A stretch of DNA of 62,606 nt, filler included, from Dicyema japonicum (GCA_011109175.1; 5 parts of 5 records of this genome joined end to end with filler, not necessarily neighbours in it); one strand, 5' to 3'. Positions 25,276 through 38,500 are shown, counted from the first letter of the whole stretch. Notes: generated from the sequence alone by a model not told the origin. Program-made: numbers and translations.

Positions 25276-25962
25276 CAAAAGAGCATGTTGACTATAAACA
25301 TGGAATTAAAACTCAAGATAACGAAATTTTCCCAAATGATTTATTTTTTCCTGATCATGAGACGGAGAAATGGAAATTTAATGACGAAGCTTTGGATGAG
25401 AATACATATCCTCACAAGATTTCTGATAAAACCGAGAAACAGGAGGACTATTAAATGATCCCCATTGAGACTGATAACATGCTTGAAAAGTCGAACAATA
25501 GGCCAGAGACGAGTGATGGAAGAAAAAGATCTTGATCAATTTTGGAGCCAAAAGAAAATGTTAAGTTTTGTTTACTCTTAATTGGATGTTAATTAGTTTG
25601 CTAATAAAATTAATTTTAATAAAAAATATAAAAAATAAAGTTAGCTTAATATAAAAAAAAGTTGAGACTGTTTTAAAAATGCTGTATGTATGTCAAGTAA
25701 ACACAAGCGGTCCAGAGTGTCTTTGAGTAACGGTCGTTTTTCACCCATAGCTCTTCCCATTGCATTTATGGTGATTGAGGATCCGAGAAATATATTTATA
25801 AAGTCAACAAAAATCGCCCTAAAGATTAAACCTGTCCTTAATATCGATATAGCTCAACAAAATTGTCAATCTACTATTCTGAATATAAAAGAATCAATGA
25901 TAAGAACCAAGAACGGCCTATCAAAATTTTACTCAACCAAGACATGTTTCCTGCAAGAATTT

Positions 25963-26280
25963 TAACAGCTGTCTTCTAGAATAACATATAAAATATGTTT
26001 CGTTCATGAACTGGATGTTGCTACTCCTTTTGGACGTGAAATTACAAGATTATGGACATTTTGGATAAACTGTTAAAGATATTTAAAGAACTTATTTAAG
26101 AGCCTAATTTTAAAGATCCTATAACGGCTGTCTTCTAGAATAACATATAAAATATGTTTCGTTCATGAACTGGATGATGCTACTCCTTTTGGACGTGAAA
26201 TTACAAGATTATGGACATTTTGGATAAACTGTTAAAGATATTTAAAAAACTTATTTAAGAGCCTAATTTTAAAGATCCTA
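25963..26280. repeat. 159-bp near-identical tandem duplication
   Basis: Units 25963-26121 and 26122-26280 with about 3 mismatches. Confidence 0.9.
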
Positions 26281-26888
26281 TATTTGTGGGGAGAGGTGGA
26301 TGATTTTCTCGGCTTTGTATATATTCGGTGTCTTCTGCCAATCCAGTTTCTTAAGTGAGCAAGGAAAAGGTAAGACTCAACGTTGCCAGGGTAAAGAAGA
26401 AGCAACGTTATACTGATAGATTTCCCAATTGGATTTGATAAGATACAATGTGAATAGCTTCGGAAACCAATAATCAGATGATATAATTGTCAACGCACTT
26501 GGTGTCATAGATGTCTCTGTTTTGCTGGTCCATACGACTTGAAAGACTACATTCATAATGCGACTGATATGATGGTCTGCATCGAATGCGAGTTACGGTA
26601 GATGTCCTTTAGCAATGAACCCAAACCGCAAAGATTATAAAAGGAAATTGTAGGCGAAAACAGGGATGACTCTGAACAAAGAAGGACGGACTGACTCCTA
26701 GAATACACTTGAGAATGCGAATGAGATAGTTACATATATCAGAAGGGTGAAGGTCTTAATCAACAGAGAAGAGAATCAGATCCATGAGACTCTGTTGACC
26801 AAAGTCTAATGGAGCTGAAATCAAATTATCTTTAGTTTCTCATGAATATAAGGAATATTAGTAATAATAACATATCACATTAATTGAG

Positions 26889-28089
26889 TTACACGATGAT
26901 AGAATCCTGAAAATAGCCAATTAGGGCTATAAGAGTAGTTCCAATTAATAAACCAGCTGATTCGGTTATGATAACTTTGATTACTGTTTCCCTGAAATCA
27001 GCTGAATTAACGAATAGTTGAGAACGTAACTTTTTGAGTTCAATGACCTTAAATGTGTTGTTACAATAAAACCATTCCGTAGAAGGAAATACTTATAAAT
27101 ATTCCCATCACAAATGCTAAAGACCAGTTCACCAAATTTTCAACTGAGCCGAAAATCATTCCGAAAATAAATCCAATGAAAAGGAAAATAACTGAAATAT
27201 AATTTAAAAGCAGTGTCCTCTTTGTAGAATACCCCGAATTTAGAAAAATGGAGATATCTCCTTAATGGGTCATGTAAAAAGTTGCCTATTTCATGAGTGA
27301 ATTCTTCACAGATAATGACAATCCCTAGACTGACTCCTAAGGAGAGATTTGTGGAATATGCAGTGCTCAGGGAGAATCCGTCCATTAATTTGTGGATACT
27401 GTCTCCAATTATGATAGCAATCATAACAGAGTTTGATTTTGTAGTAATCTGAATTGTATAATCATAAACCTTCTCATTGTGTTTAAATTTCCAAATTTCA
27501 AACATGTCAATCATAGTGTTTATTATCATTATAAAATAAACTCCAAGCAATATGGTCAAACTCTTCCCGAAGATATCTTCTTTACTTTCATTAATGTCAA
27601 ATATCTAAATATTTTAGATATTTTCACTTCGGGCGGTAAAAATATAACTGATACTCCACCAAGGGATCCAATTGACATGGAAATTAGAAACGACAGAATA
27701 TATTTATATATACATTTGTTACTCAAAAAAGCAAAAAAGAATCCAATTCCTGAAAATAATGATATTATTAATATGTTTACACTTCCATATAACCAAGCTG
27801 AGCTAATTAAACCATAAATTACCATGTTTTCTACTAGGCTTTACTTTATTCACTCTTTCTGTAACTACGGACAGCGTTTTAAAAGACGTTAAAATTCTGT
27901 GTTCCGATATAGTGTGGTTAACCTTATATTGTTTGATACTCTACTAGTCAGGGACTGAAAGAGTACTTTAGTATTCAGATAGATTTCGGTATACTTTACT
28001 GGATTCGGTTCTTTGATAGAATCTATCTCTTGACACAACTCCCTGATTGGATCTTCTCTAGTCGAACAAAATAGAACAAAAAGTAACAT
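26889..28089 (-). CDS. SLC39A: LIV-1/ZIP family zinc-metal transporter (ZIP8/ZIP14-like), multi-exon; 5' end uncertain
   Basis: Spliced reading gives KPSRKHAWLYG...LPPE|IFDI...GDSIHKLMDG...CEEFTHEIG|DISIFLNSG...FYGM|VIEL...ESAGLLIG...* (TAA 26889-26891). Introns: 27798-27822 (25 nt), 27605-27627 (23), 27449-27469 (21, in-frame, uncertain), 27261-27285 (25, GC-AG), 27048-27072 (25), plus one 26-nt intron upstream with two candidate positions. Confidence 0.9.
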
Positions 28090-29063
28090 TAATAATGTCG
28101 ATGTATATCAGTTTTATTATAAACGGTACGAATTCTTGGAATTGCTAATTTTAGAGGCAACAATCTGATAAAGCAGATCTATCAGTTGAATAGTAAACCT
28201 GAAAGAGGATACTAAATATTATCAAAACTATCGATATTACAGAGCCAATCAATGTTATCTCACTATAATCTCTTTTTTAAAAAGTTTACATTTATGCGCG
28301 GAAAAATTAGCATAAACCTTATTTCTAATTATCAAAGGGAATAAAACAAAATTGTAATGTCACCATTGCTTTATGTGATCATTTGCTTATTGATACAAAA
28401 GGTGATAATCTGAGAATATTCATTCTCCATTCCAATGTCTTTATTGCCTATAATGTAAGTCTTAGAAAACCACTTGTAGCCTGTCACCAATAATACTACT
28501 ATAAATTTATACCTCTGTTAATTTCTTACTAAAGATCTAGGTTCGGTTTGACAAATACTACCATGCTTATTACAACCGAACAGCAATGAATTGGATGTGA
28601 AGATTAAATCCTTTCGAATAAATATTAGAACGCATCAAGATAACTAAATATCTCCTATTCTATTCATTGTCTTTCTTAAAACGTCACTAAGAGATCTGAG
28701 GAAACTATTAAAAACTGATTGATAATCGAGGTGGTTTATAGACTTCATTTTTGCTGAACTGTTTAGCGTACCACTTTCCAAACAGAGAAAACTGAAAAAA
28801 TACTCAGCCTTTAGAGATTGTTTCCATTTGTTCAATTTGCCTTCGAAACTCTAAAGTGTTTAGAAGATTGGGTAAAGTAGATTTAATGGAATGGTTAATC
28901 CACTCAGAGAACCCCAGGGAACGGAGCTGAAAATGGCATCATATCTTAATGTCTAATGATAATGAATTAAACCTAAAATTAAACCATCTGTGTCTATAAA
29001 AAAATTAATTAATAGCAAGCTGTTATTGGGTATAAAAACAATAAAATCCAGTTTATAAGAAAT

Positions 29064-29966
29064 ATGCGTAAAAAAACCTTCCAAATGTTTCCAAGATGTT
29101 CTAATTGTATAAAACTTGTAATATTGATAACATTGACATTTCTTTTAATTCGTTTGATCTTGAAATCTCTGCAGAATTATAGAAAAGAAATAATTTATGA
29201 TTTTGCTTTGAAAGTCGTAAACTGGCCGTGAATATTTTATAATACAAAATATAACTTTTTTTACTGCAAAATCCCGAAAGTAGAGTCCACTACAATGATG
29301 AAATGGCTTTATATTCTCAACCAGATTGAGAAAAACCAAAAAATAAAATTTTCAGAAATATTCAAAAACAAATCGCTGTGGTTTCACATCGAGTCAGCAC
29401 GAATATACATCAAGAAAAACCATCAAAGTTATCATAATTTTATGCAACTTTTCGACCAGATGGAAAAACTAATTATTATTCGTCACCCAGCGGAGAGGAT
29501 TTTATCGGCTTATTTGAGCAAATTTCAAAACCCTCAAAATAAAAACTGGCTCATAAAAAATCCAAAGTCTTTAAAAATTTTGAATTATTTTAACGACAAG
29601 AATTGTTTCACGGAATCATGTTTTATAACATTCGAACAGTTTTTGATATTTTTGACCAAAAACTCAGACAAGAGAGATACATTTGATGAGCATTGGGCAC
29701 CTATGAGTGACATTTGCGGAGTTGATTATATAAAATACACAAAAATTGTTGAATTAAGCAAATTAGGAGAAATGATTGTGAATATGTCTTCAAAATTTGA
29801 TATTTCGAAAGAGCTTATCCTACAAATTCCAAAATCAAAAAAAGAAACTAACAGCAGTAAATACGTTCAGCAATACTTTGATAATCTCAATCATAAATTA
29901 AAGTATAACTTTTATTTGGCTTACTACAAGGATCACAATCATTTTGGATACAAACCATACCTCTAA
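29064..29966 (+). CDS. CHST: Golgi carbohydrate sulfotransferase (Sulfotransfer_2; CHST8-14/HNK-1ST-like) with one in-frame TGA; may be a pseudogene
   Basis: ATG 29064, type II TM segment (IKLVILITLTFLLIRLIL), 5'-PSB-like YCKIPKVEST, 3'-PB IIRHPAERILSAY, DEHW.P...C and a C-terminal FGY. TGA at 29229-29231 is the only interruption. Confidence 0.85.
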
Positions 29967-30249
29967 TGAAACATTTCTATTTGATGTTCTTTTCTATTAC
30001 ATTAATTTTTTAACAAAGTCTGAGTTATTCCCACGTTCCTGAGTTGTAGATGGGTAGGACGAAAGCATTGTATAGTGGTACTGGTCTGTCGATTTTACTC
30101 TTTTTAGTGCTATTGCTGATATCTTCCAGGTCGCCAAGCAAAGACCCGACCTTTTTTGCTCTCCTCCATATCTCATATGTAAGTTTGTTTCCAAGTTGTA
30201 CTAACTAGTTTTTTTGTTTGTTAATTATTGGGAACCAATCTCTAAATAG

Positions 30250-30400
30250 CATGATTAATAAGAATCATGATATCATTGATGTCCTCGGAGCAGGTTCCAG
30301 ATAAATAACAAATAGAATTGGTGATAATGAGTCCTTGTGGAGTGCCAATGTGCGTTTTGCATTTGTGAAAGCGCTCTGAGCCAACCTGTATCATCCTTTA
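30250..30400 (-). mobile_element. RTE RT fragment
   Basis: Frameshifted TPQG-SLSPILFVIYLE, matching GVPQGDSLSPILFIIYLE in the 33028-33747 ORF. Confidence 0.55.
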
Positions 30401-30479
30401 AACTACCCTCGTCTACTAGTCGCATGAGCTTTCCTCTACGTACAGTGGTGACACATAAAAAAGAAAAAAAAAGAATGAG

Positions 30480-31500
30480 AGAAAATTATTTATTTACCCT
30501 CGGTCCTTTAGAGTGAAAGAAAGCGGTGGCTAACAAAAACGTTAAAATCAGAGATCTGACAGGAATAATTGGTTTTGCAGAACTCGGATGAGGACCCGGA
30601 CTAGAGAAGAGAGTGACTCTTCTCCTTGTCATCGGAAAGCATGATGGGCATAGAAGAGAAGACAATCCTCTATAGATATGAATGTAAGTCTTAACGTAGA
30701 CGCGCCAAGTAGACGCAAACTTCCCGTAGTAGGGAAGTTTCGCTTCCGTCAATAACAGCTGGAACACGTCCCAGAGGTTATGTTTCTATTCGCGTTGCGC
30801 CATGTGGTGTTACGTGGATAGTTTGTCAAATTATTTTTCCTTCCTTCCGATGGCATCGCTGGATCCACCTTACTGAGGAGGCGCCCAATGCCTGGCCGGC
30901 ATCAAGAGGATCCAACTATTCTTCCCCGGAGACAACGTCGTTACCTGGTGACAAGTTCTGGAATGCTGGAACGAGTCAAATCGATGAGTTAGTTATTTTG
31001 GTTAACCCTGGTCTTTGGAAATAATTTTAATTTTTAACACGTCCCAGAAGCTTGTTGATACCAAAGCTTTTGATGGCTTTAGTTGATATCCAGTCATGGA
31101 TTGTTGACTGTCGTAACTGACATATCCCAATGATAACTGGTCCGAGTGGAAGAAACTAATAACCCAATTCTTATTTTATAAAGAAGTGTCCAGAACGTAA
31201 TTTTGCTAGAGTTCACTTTGTTTCTTTGTCGAGGGTAGTCTCCGAGTCATTCAGTATAAGTAAGGAACATCCAATAGATCGATCTAAACCAGTCCTCGGA
31301 CTGCTTTAAAGCAGATTTGTTAATGTATCGCCTTTGAATAGGTTTTATCAGGAAATGGCTAAGGAATCTTTACCAGTTCGCGAAACAGGTTCGCTATGAT
31401 AGGGATTATAATAATAATAACACCAGAGACCACGGTTACACGAAATAACTAATCACGTGATCCCAGCACGCACTAGCAGGGACCTCATCTTGGCTCGATG
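30480..31500 (-). mobile_element. Stacked 3' ends of I/Ingi-like LINEs
   Basis: TLAKLRSGH (C-terminal region), ctgggatcacgtga at 31453-31466, and AT-rich tails near 31430 and 30490. Confidence 0.5.
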
Positions 31501-31647
31501 CTCCTCCCTCGACCCCACATGATAGGGATTATTTAACGAAAGTCCAATAATGGTTCAAGAAGTGAATAAAAGTTCATAAATATATATTTAAATGTTAATA
31601 ACATTAAAACTAATTAATAATAAATTAAATAAATAATCCTTTTAGTT

Positions 31648-32067
31648 ATGAAAGTTCGTAATACTGCCCGAAAGTCCACTGGTGGAAAAAATATTAAATC
31701 AGCATTTAAACTAAAATTACTTTCTCAAAAAAACAAATCTACCAAAAAGAGGGCCCGTCCAGGAGAGTTAGTGGAGAAACAGATCCAAATGTACAGGACT
31801 ACTTCAAAATCTCTTATGAGTCGTCTACCTTTTCAACGCCTTGTTCGCCAAGTGTCGATGGAATTCAGCCCTAATATGCGCTTTCAAGGGGCTGCTTTGA
31901 ATGCTCTTCACGTTTGAGTTTTATTATTTTAGTGTGCCACGGAGAGTTTCTTGGTTGGATTATTTGAGGACGCTAACATGTTGTCCCACCATGCCCGCAG
32001 AATAACTATTATGCCCAAGGACCTTGATCTTGCCAAACGTATTCGCGGGAATTCTTCTAATAATTAA
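31648..32067 (+). CDS. H3: Divergent histone H3 variant, 132 aa, with one 21-nt intron (31912-31932)
   Basis: TARKSTGGK tail, RPG...LPFQRLVR...RFQ...ALH|[35 protein letters not shown]. The intron gtttgagttttattattttag restores the histone fold. AATAAA at 32090-32095 and no histone stem-loop seen. Confidence 0.92.
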
Positions 32068-32467
32068 CTAATAATATCTTTCCTTAAATAATAAATGCTA
32101 ATTAGCTTTAATTTGTAATAGATCCTTTTGACTAGGGAGATCAATGTTATTTAAGGAAATTAGTCTATTAACTAAGGTTTCTTAGGCAGTATAAGTTTAC
32201 TGGGAGTTTTCTCTTGAGGCTAAAGTGATGACGTTTTTTCGGTTCTGACTAATTTAGATGATAACAAGTGTGCAGAGATAATAGGTTAGTTTTCCACCTT
32301 AGGGAAATAGTGTTATGAAATTGAAGACATTGTAAATAATAGGCCACTATTGGAGTGAACTATGCCAAAGTTTAAAAAAAGAATAAAGACTATCAACTTT
32401 CACTATGAAAGTATCCAAAAAATGTATGAATAAAATCAACTAGATTGTTCAGAAAAGTTAGTAATAT

Positions 32468-35430
32468 ATTATTATTATCAGCACTGCCGAGAACAAACAA
32501 AAGTCAATAGAGGTTCCTTTGTGCCGCGCCGGCCACCCTTTGCACCAATCGCATCCAAAAACCTCTCCGTTTTGCAAGATCTCTTAGTTCATCGAGGTCA
32601 TCCATTGTTTTCAACTCCCTGCCTATGGCTTTTAGGTCCTCATTTAGCGTGATAGGTAAGGTTGTTCTAGGCCTTCCTCGGAATGATTTTGTTTTTTTCC
32701 ATGAAATATTCATCTATTACGTGATTTGCCGGGACATCCAGGTCCATCCTCAGAATGTGACCGAACAGTCTCCATCTCGATCTTCTGATTTCCATGGATA
32801 ATGGTTCTGGTTTGCTCAACTTATATAATTGTTCGTTTTTGATCTTCATTTTGTAGTGAATATTAAGTGCCTTCCGAAGCATACTGCGGTCGAAACTGTC
32901 AATAGACTCCATTGCCCGTTTAGACAAACCCCATGTCCCACAATTATATATTAGGATGAGCACAACAATGTATTTGTATATCATAAGCTTTATTTTTTTG
33001 CAAAGTCTACTTCCCGAACTCCATATTTTAGATAGGCTTCTGAAAGCACCAGATGCAAGGATTTTCCGTCGAGCTACATCTTCNNNNNNNGTATTTGTAT
33101 ATCATAAGCTTTATTTTTTTACAAAGTCTTCTTCCCGAACTCCATATTTTAGATAGGCTTCTGAAAGCACCAGATGCAAGGATTTTCCGTCGAGCTACAT
33201 CTTCCTCGTCCCCCAAGAGCGATCCGACCTTCTTATGTCTTCTCCACGTCTCGTCGGATATCCTCTCTGCACGGCTGAATGATGTAAATTCCGTTTTGTC
33301 AGTGTTTATCTTCAAGAACCATTTTTGGAAAATGTTAGGAAGATGTTCGTTTATGTACTTGAAAGATTCAGAATCATCCGATACAAAGTCCAGATCTTCT
33401 GCGTAAATCAACTCATAATATTGTCTTTTAATGGATAATCTGAAATCCCTCAGTGCAGCCTCAAGATAAATAATAAATAGAATAGGAGACAACGAATCCC
33501 CTTGTGGAACTCCACGAGTGGTTTTAAAAAAATTAGAAACGGTATTTCCGATTTTGACAGCCAGGTGAGTATCTTCTAGGAGCAAGGAAATAATTCTAAC
33601 ATCATCCGTGTATAGAAATGTATTCAGAATGTTAATAAGTAGTCCCTTGTGTACAGAGTCGAATGCACGACTCATGTCAATCCCCAGAACTTTTATGCAT
33701 TTTTTGTATTTCTGACATATAGCGCCAGACCATCTGTGCGTCCACACTATGTCGGCGGTTGATCTTTTTTCCCTGAAACCGCTTTGTCAAGGCGATAAGA
33801 ATTTGTCGACTTTCCCTTTGATTCGATTTAATACAATGATAGAGAGGGTTTTCCGTAAGACCGATAATAGAATTATTGGTCTTAGACTGTTTGCGGGACC
33901 TCTAGGTTTCCCAGGTTTTGGTATTGGAATTAGCCATCCTCTCCCAATTCCAAGATCGTTTTTGTCTTCAAATGCTTTATTGAGTATGATGGTGATTATT
34001 TCACCCAATTCAGTGGGTCCACATTTTATTAACTCTGCAGGTATATTATCAGGACCAGCCGCTTTCCTGTAGTTTAGTTTTCCTATTGCCTTGATAGTTT
34101 CCGCGATAATAATGGGGCAGTTAAGAGGAGCCGTTGATGTTATTGGAGATTTGTTTTCAATTTCTTGATTGTTAAAGATGTCATAGTAGTGTGAAGAGAC
34201 TATGTTCGCCTTTTCAATAACATTCAATACTGATCGTCCATGTTGGTCGTGAATAACAATATTCCCTGGTTGTTTCTTTTTACTAATAGTCCGAATGGCT
34301 TTGAACATTTTGGATCCGTTCTTATATTTCTTGATTTCATCGACCTGTTCCTCCACTTTTTTTTACTTGATATTTTTGAAGTTTTTTGATTTTTGTTAAA
34401 ATTGAGTTACGAACTATCCTTAGCTCTTTTTTTAGACTCGGTATATTTGAATTATTAATTCTAATCCTCAAATTCTTTTGTTCTGAAGATAAGTATGATA
34501 TTTCTTCGTTGTTATATTTGAATTTGTTTTTGTGAGTAGTCCCCAAAACCAACGACGCGGTATTCTTCATTGCAACTCCAACGTCATTCCACAAATCCTG
34601 TGCACTATTGTTTGTATTCATCTTGCTTAATTCCTTTCTGAGTTTTTCGCCATACTCTTTCATCTTTATTTCATTGCTTATTAGAGTTTCTGTATCCAAT
34701 CTTTCGAATTCCGTTTTTCCATATCTTCTAGGTTTGTACAAACTTCCCAAAGAGAACCGAGTGATCACCAATTTGTAATCACTTGATGTTTCAAGCCCAT
34801 CGTATGATCTCGAGTTTCGTATTAGGTTTTTGTTCCTTCTTCTGCACAAGATATAATCAATTTGATTATATATTTTAATCAAGTTGCCATTTTTGTCCTT
34901 TCGTGATCCAGTCCAGGTAGTTTTATGTCTTGCTGGGTGTTCAAAAGCAGTGTTTGTAATAAATAAGTTGTAGGATTCGCAGAATTGAACCAATGAGACA
35001 CCAGAGGAATTTCGACGATTCCGAGCATGTGATCCAATACAAGTCTCCCCATTCCGTACTTTACCAACTCTGGCATTCCAGTCTCCACCAATAAACGTCA
35101 GATATGACGACGAAAGTGAGTCATACGCGTGTCACACGGTCGTAAAGATCCCTGTGAACCGCAAATCCAAGACCATAATGTCGGCAGTCAGAGTCCAAAG
35201 TGATCATGTAGTAATCATCCAATTTCGTAATAGAATATGCTGTAATCTTTGTCTCTTGAATGTAGCAAATACTGACACCATGGATAGATAAATCACGTGC
35301 GAGTTGATGTTTTTTGGTGATGAACTTCAAGCCTCGAGTGTTGAAAGTACCAAGAGAGAATGGGCAACGGGTAATTAAGCGCGAAGAAGACATATTTTCA
35401 AAGAGGGACGTCACCACCTCAACCAAAAAA
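32468..35430 (-). mobile_element. Near full-length RTE-clade non-LTR retrotransposon (APE-RT), frameshifted
   Basis: APE (LGTFNTRG, IQETK, NQIDYIL...SDYK), RT (LRPIILLS, IDMSRAFDSV, GVPQGDSLSP, YAEDLD), C-terminal GRPRTTLP...W and a (TAA)n tail. Confidence 0.95.
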
Positions 35431-35498
35431 ATAATGAAAAGTTAATTAAAACTATTATTGCCCAATAGAAATTCCCATGATTGAGTCTCTTTCTACCA

Positions 35499-35824
35499 TT
35501 TATACTTTTGTGAAGGAATACCATTCATTAAACGATGTACACATTTGATTTAGAGATTCGTCATCACTTTAATTATCCGATCGATAAACTAACAGAATCG
35601 ATATAATTTTACTTATGAGAAATGAAACCATTTATTAAGGAAAAAGTCATTAATACTAATATTTATACTTATGTGAAGGAATACCATTCATTAATGGATG
35701 TACACATTTGATTTAGAGATTCGTCATCGCTTTAATTATCCGATCGATAAACTGACAGAATCGATATAATTTTACTTATGAGAAATGAAACCATTTATTA
35801 AGGAAAAAGTCATTAATACTAATA
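35499..35824. repeat. 163-bp tandem duplication
   Basis: Units start near 35499 and 35662 with few mismatches. Confidence 0.85.
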
Positions 35825-36019
35825 TTAAATTTCAAAACATAATTGATGCTTTTAAATGGCAAAAATTATTTGACTTAATGAATTGCTCTTTAATTAGATG
35901 AGAAGAAACTGTTTTTGAGGAGTGAATCAAAGCTTTAAGAAAAAACAGATTCATACCTGCGGATGCAGGAAAAAGCTTTAAAGTGTTTTGAAAAAGGGGT
36001 GGATCGTAGTTAATTTACC

Positions 36020-36257
36020 TGTAACACCTCTCGTAGTTTCTGACTAGACAAAATTGTCTTTTCGTTTTATTTATTTTTTAAACACTTCTACCCAGTAGAA
36101 ATGTTTCCATTACTTAAACAACCGCTCAGACAGGACTACTTGTAACACTTCTCGTAGTTTCTGGCTAAACAAAATTGTCTTTTCGTTTTATTTATTTTTT
36201 AAACACTTCTACCCAGTAGAAATGTTTCCATTACTTAAACAACCGCTCAGACAGGAC
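36020..36257. repeat. 121-bp tandem duplication
   Basis: Units start at 36020 and 36141. Confidence 0.85.
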
Positions 36258-36329
36258 AATTATGCTAATTAATTAAGGTATGCGCTCAATAAGCCAGCTC
36301 TTTTCTTTCCTATCATTTTTCATCTTGAG

Positions 36330-38500
36330 CGATCCGATTCTGTTTAGCAGGATCAGTGACTTACTTCCTATGATTCATGACGTTTCCACGCCCGACTGGT
36401 TCAACAATAAACTGTCCACCGATAAATAAGTATTTCTTCATCTTTAAAATCTCAGCTTTCTCCGAAGCAGAGCCTGGGTTAATTGCTGCCATAACAAGGT
36501 TGGGGGATAGAGGCTATCCACACAGGTGGCGTTCCAGACAAAATATCTACCGCTTTCTCATGGGAAGAGAGTTGTTCCATCCGGTATTTGGTTGACTGGG
36601 GCGAGTCCGAGCGGATCCAATTGGACAGGAAATACGACCGTCTCAACTCTCCAAGAAATAACTCTGTTGATGCGGCGTTTCTTGGACTCTTTCCAGCACT
36701 CCTCCGGCAGGAAAGAGTGTAGAGACATTTCGCGTTGACCATTCCTCCACATCTACAGCGATGGATCCTAAAACATCAATTCCGAGGCGGACGGAAGACC
36801 CAATCCTTAAGAAATTCATGTCCCTGAAACTTGGGCTGTCCATAGAAGAAAAAGAAGTCAAATAAAGACGTGTGGGATTCCAGGGGTTTTAGGTTTGATG
36901 TGAATAGTTGGACGAATCCATTATTCTCTTCCAGGAGAGTTGACATATTACTGCTATACAGAAAAAAGCCAAAAAAATTGCATTTTCAAGTGGGATGACT
37001 GAGAAATCCCGGAGATAAGTAGAAATCGTAGCCACTCAAAGTCGTACTCTCCGAAAACAACGTTAATGATTTCACATTTATACGGATTCGGTTCCAACCC
37101 AGGTGCTGTAAGTGGAAAAATAGCAGACTCGACCTCTGCCAAAATAATTTCTCAATCCCCTCCGATGATCGCATTATCCAGATACCATAAGCTCAGTGGG
37201 GTTCCGATCGCTGATGTTGTACAATCGATGCCAACGGCAAGGAGTAGGAAGACAAGGGGGTCGCCTTGTTGGACCTCAGTCTTGGATTCGATGATGTGTT
37301 GTCCGAAGATTAGCTTGCAAATAGAACCATATGAGAGTTTCACCATTCTGTTAATTTCCGGGATCATGGAGATGATAGCTTCTATGATTCTATCTCTGCG
37401 AATGCTATTGAAAGCAATGCGGATGTTTAGTTTGACTATTATAGCATTCGTAGTGTCTGGTGGACTGGCAGCAAAGTTCCGGATTGAGTGGATTATTGAC
37501 TCGCATCCATGAGGAATTCCAACCCCAAGTTGATTAGGGCTCAGTCGTTGACTTGCTCGCTATACTGGCAGCAATTTCAGGCGCCTGAATACATTGTCTA
37601 TAGCAATGAATCTTAATTCACTACAAGGCTTTCTGAAGGTGATCAGTTTAAATGCAAAAAAAAGTCTTCTGGCATAGTCGGAGAAATCATCCCGAAGAAT
37701 GCTGTGAAAGTCTTTATTGAATTTATGAGGGAGTTCCTCATATCGGCGGTTGTCGAAGAAATAAGGTCTTTCATATGGCTCGGACGTAGGCCGTCCAAGC
37801 CAGCACTAGTCTTCCTGGGATAGATAAAATAGCAGATCGTATATCACCTGTGGTGGTTGCCAAATGTGGAATATCCTTCCCAATTTCTGTCTCGCAAAGA
37901 TCTGGGGCGGGTGGATGTTTTTAGGTGATGAGCTCGAGGGTTTCGGTAGTTGGTGAAAGAACCTTGTCATTGCTATAGAGCGTACGCAGGGCACCCCGAA
38001 TGTTCCCGACCATGACCTTCTTATTCACTTCTTTGCGTATCTCCCACTTGTCTTTTTTGATCCTGGAGGATGAGGGCGGATGGTCAGCAATAGAATGACT
38101 TCCCAGTGCAGTGGCCAGGTTAACAGTATCGTATTTATAGGCATTTGTCCTGATGATTGAATAGAGGTTCCCTTCTTTCAGTTCTGTTAGATGTGATCCG
38201 AGGACAACTCCGACTTTGGGATCCTGAGTGGGATAACCCTCTCCACACAAGCAGATTCAAATGGCGTAGGCATTCATCCGTGCTAGATAGGTTAGGTCCA
38301 GAGGAAGGCTCCTTACGCCCACTGTGATTCTCAAAGCATGAAAGGGCGTGACCAATTTGGCAAAGATTGTGTGTCCTTCTTGTTAACTTATATCATCCAA
38401 AGTGTCCAAAATTTAGGCAACGGGAACATTAGAAGCTATCAACAAACTGAAAAGTTCACGAGCATGTGACCAGACAAGGTGTCTTCAATCCATCTGAAAC
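36330..38500 (-). mobile_element. Decayed CRE-clade retrotransposon (RT plus RLE)
   Basis: VMVGNIRGALRTL, AGLDGLRPSHMKDL, VQQGDPL...WYLDN, LSCRRSAGKSPR, PDGTTLFP...VWNATCVDS. Confidence 0.9.

Noticed and set aside
28230-28900. Extra gene or 5' ZIP exons between ZIP and CHST
   Set aside because: Several plausible tiny introns but no consistent stop-free model.
31648-32067. CENP-A/CenH3 assignment
   Set aside because: Loop 1 is not extended and Q68, F84 and T118 are retained.
32973-33204. Duplicated block inside the RTE
   Set aside because: Two near-identical copies separated by 7 Ns; unmerged contig overlap.
25963-36257. 159-, 163- and 121-bp tandem duplications as a functional repeat system
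   Set aside because: The units are unrelated, near read length and only slightly diverged, like the N-linked artefacts. Reads are needed to confirm they are real.
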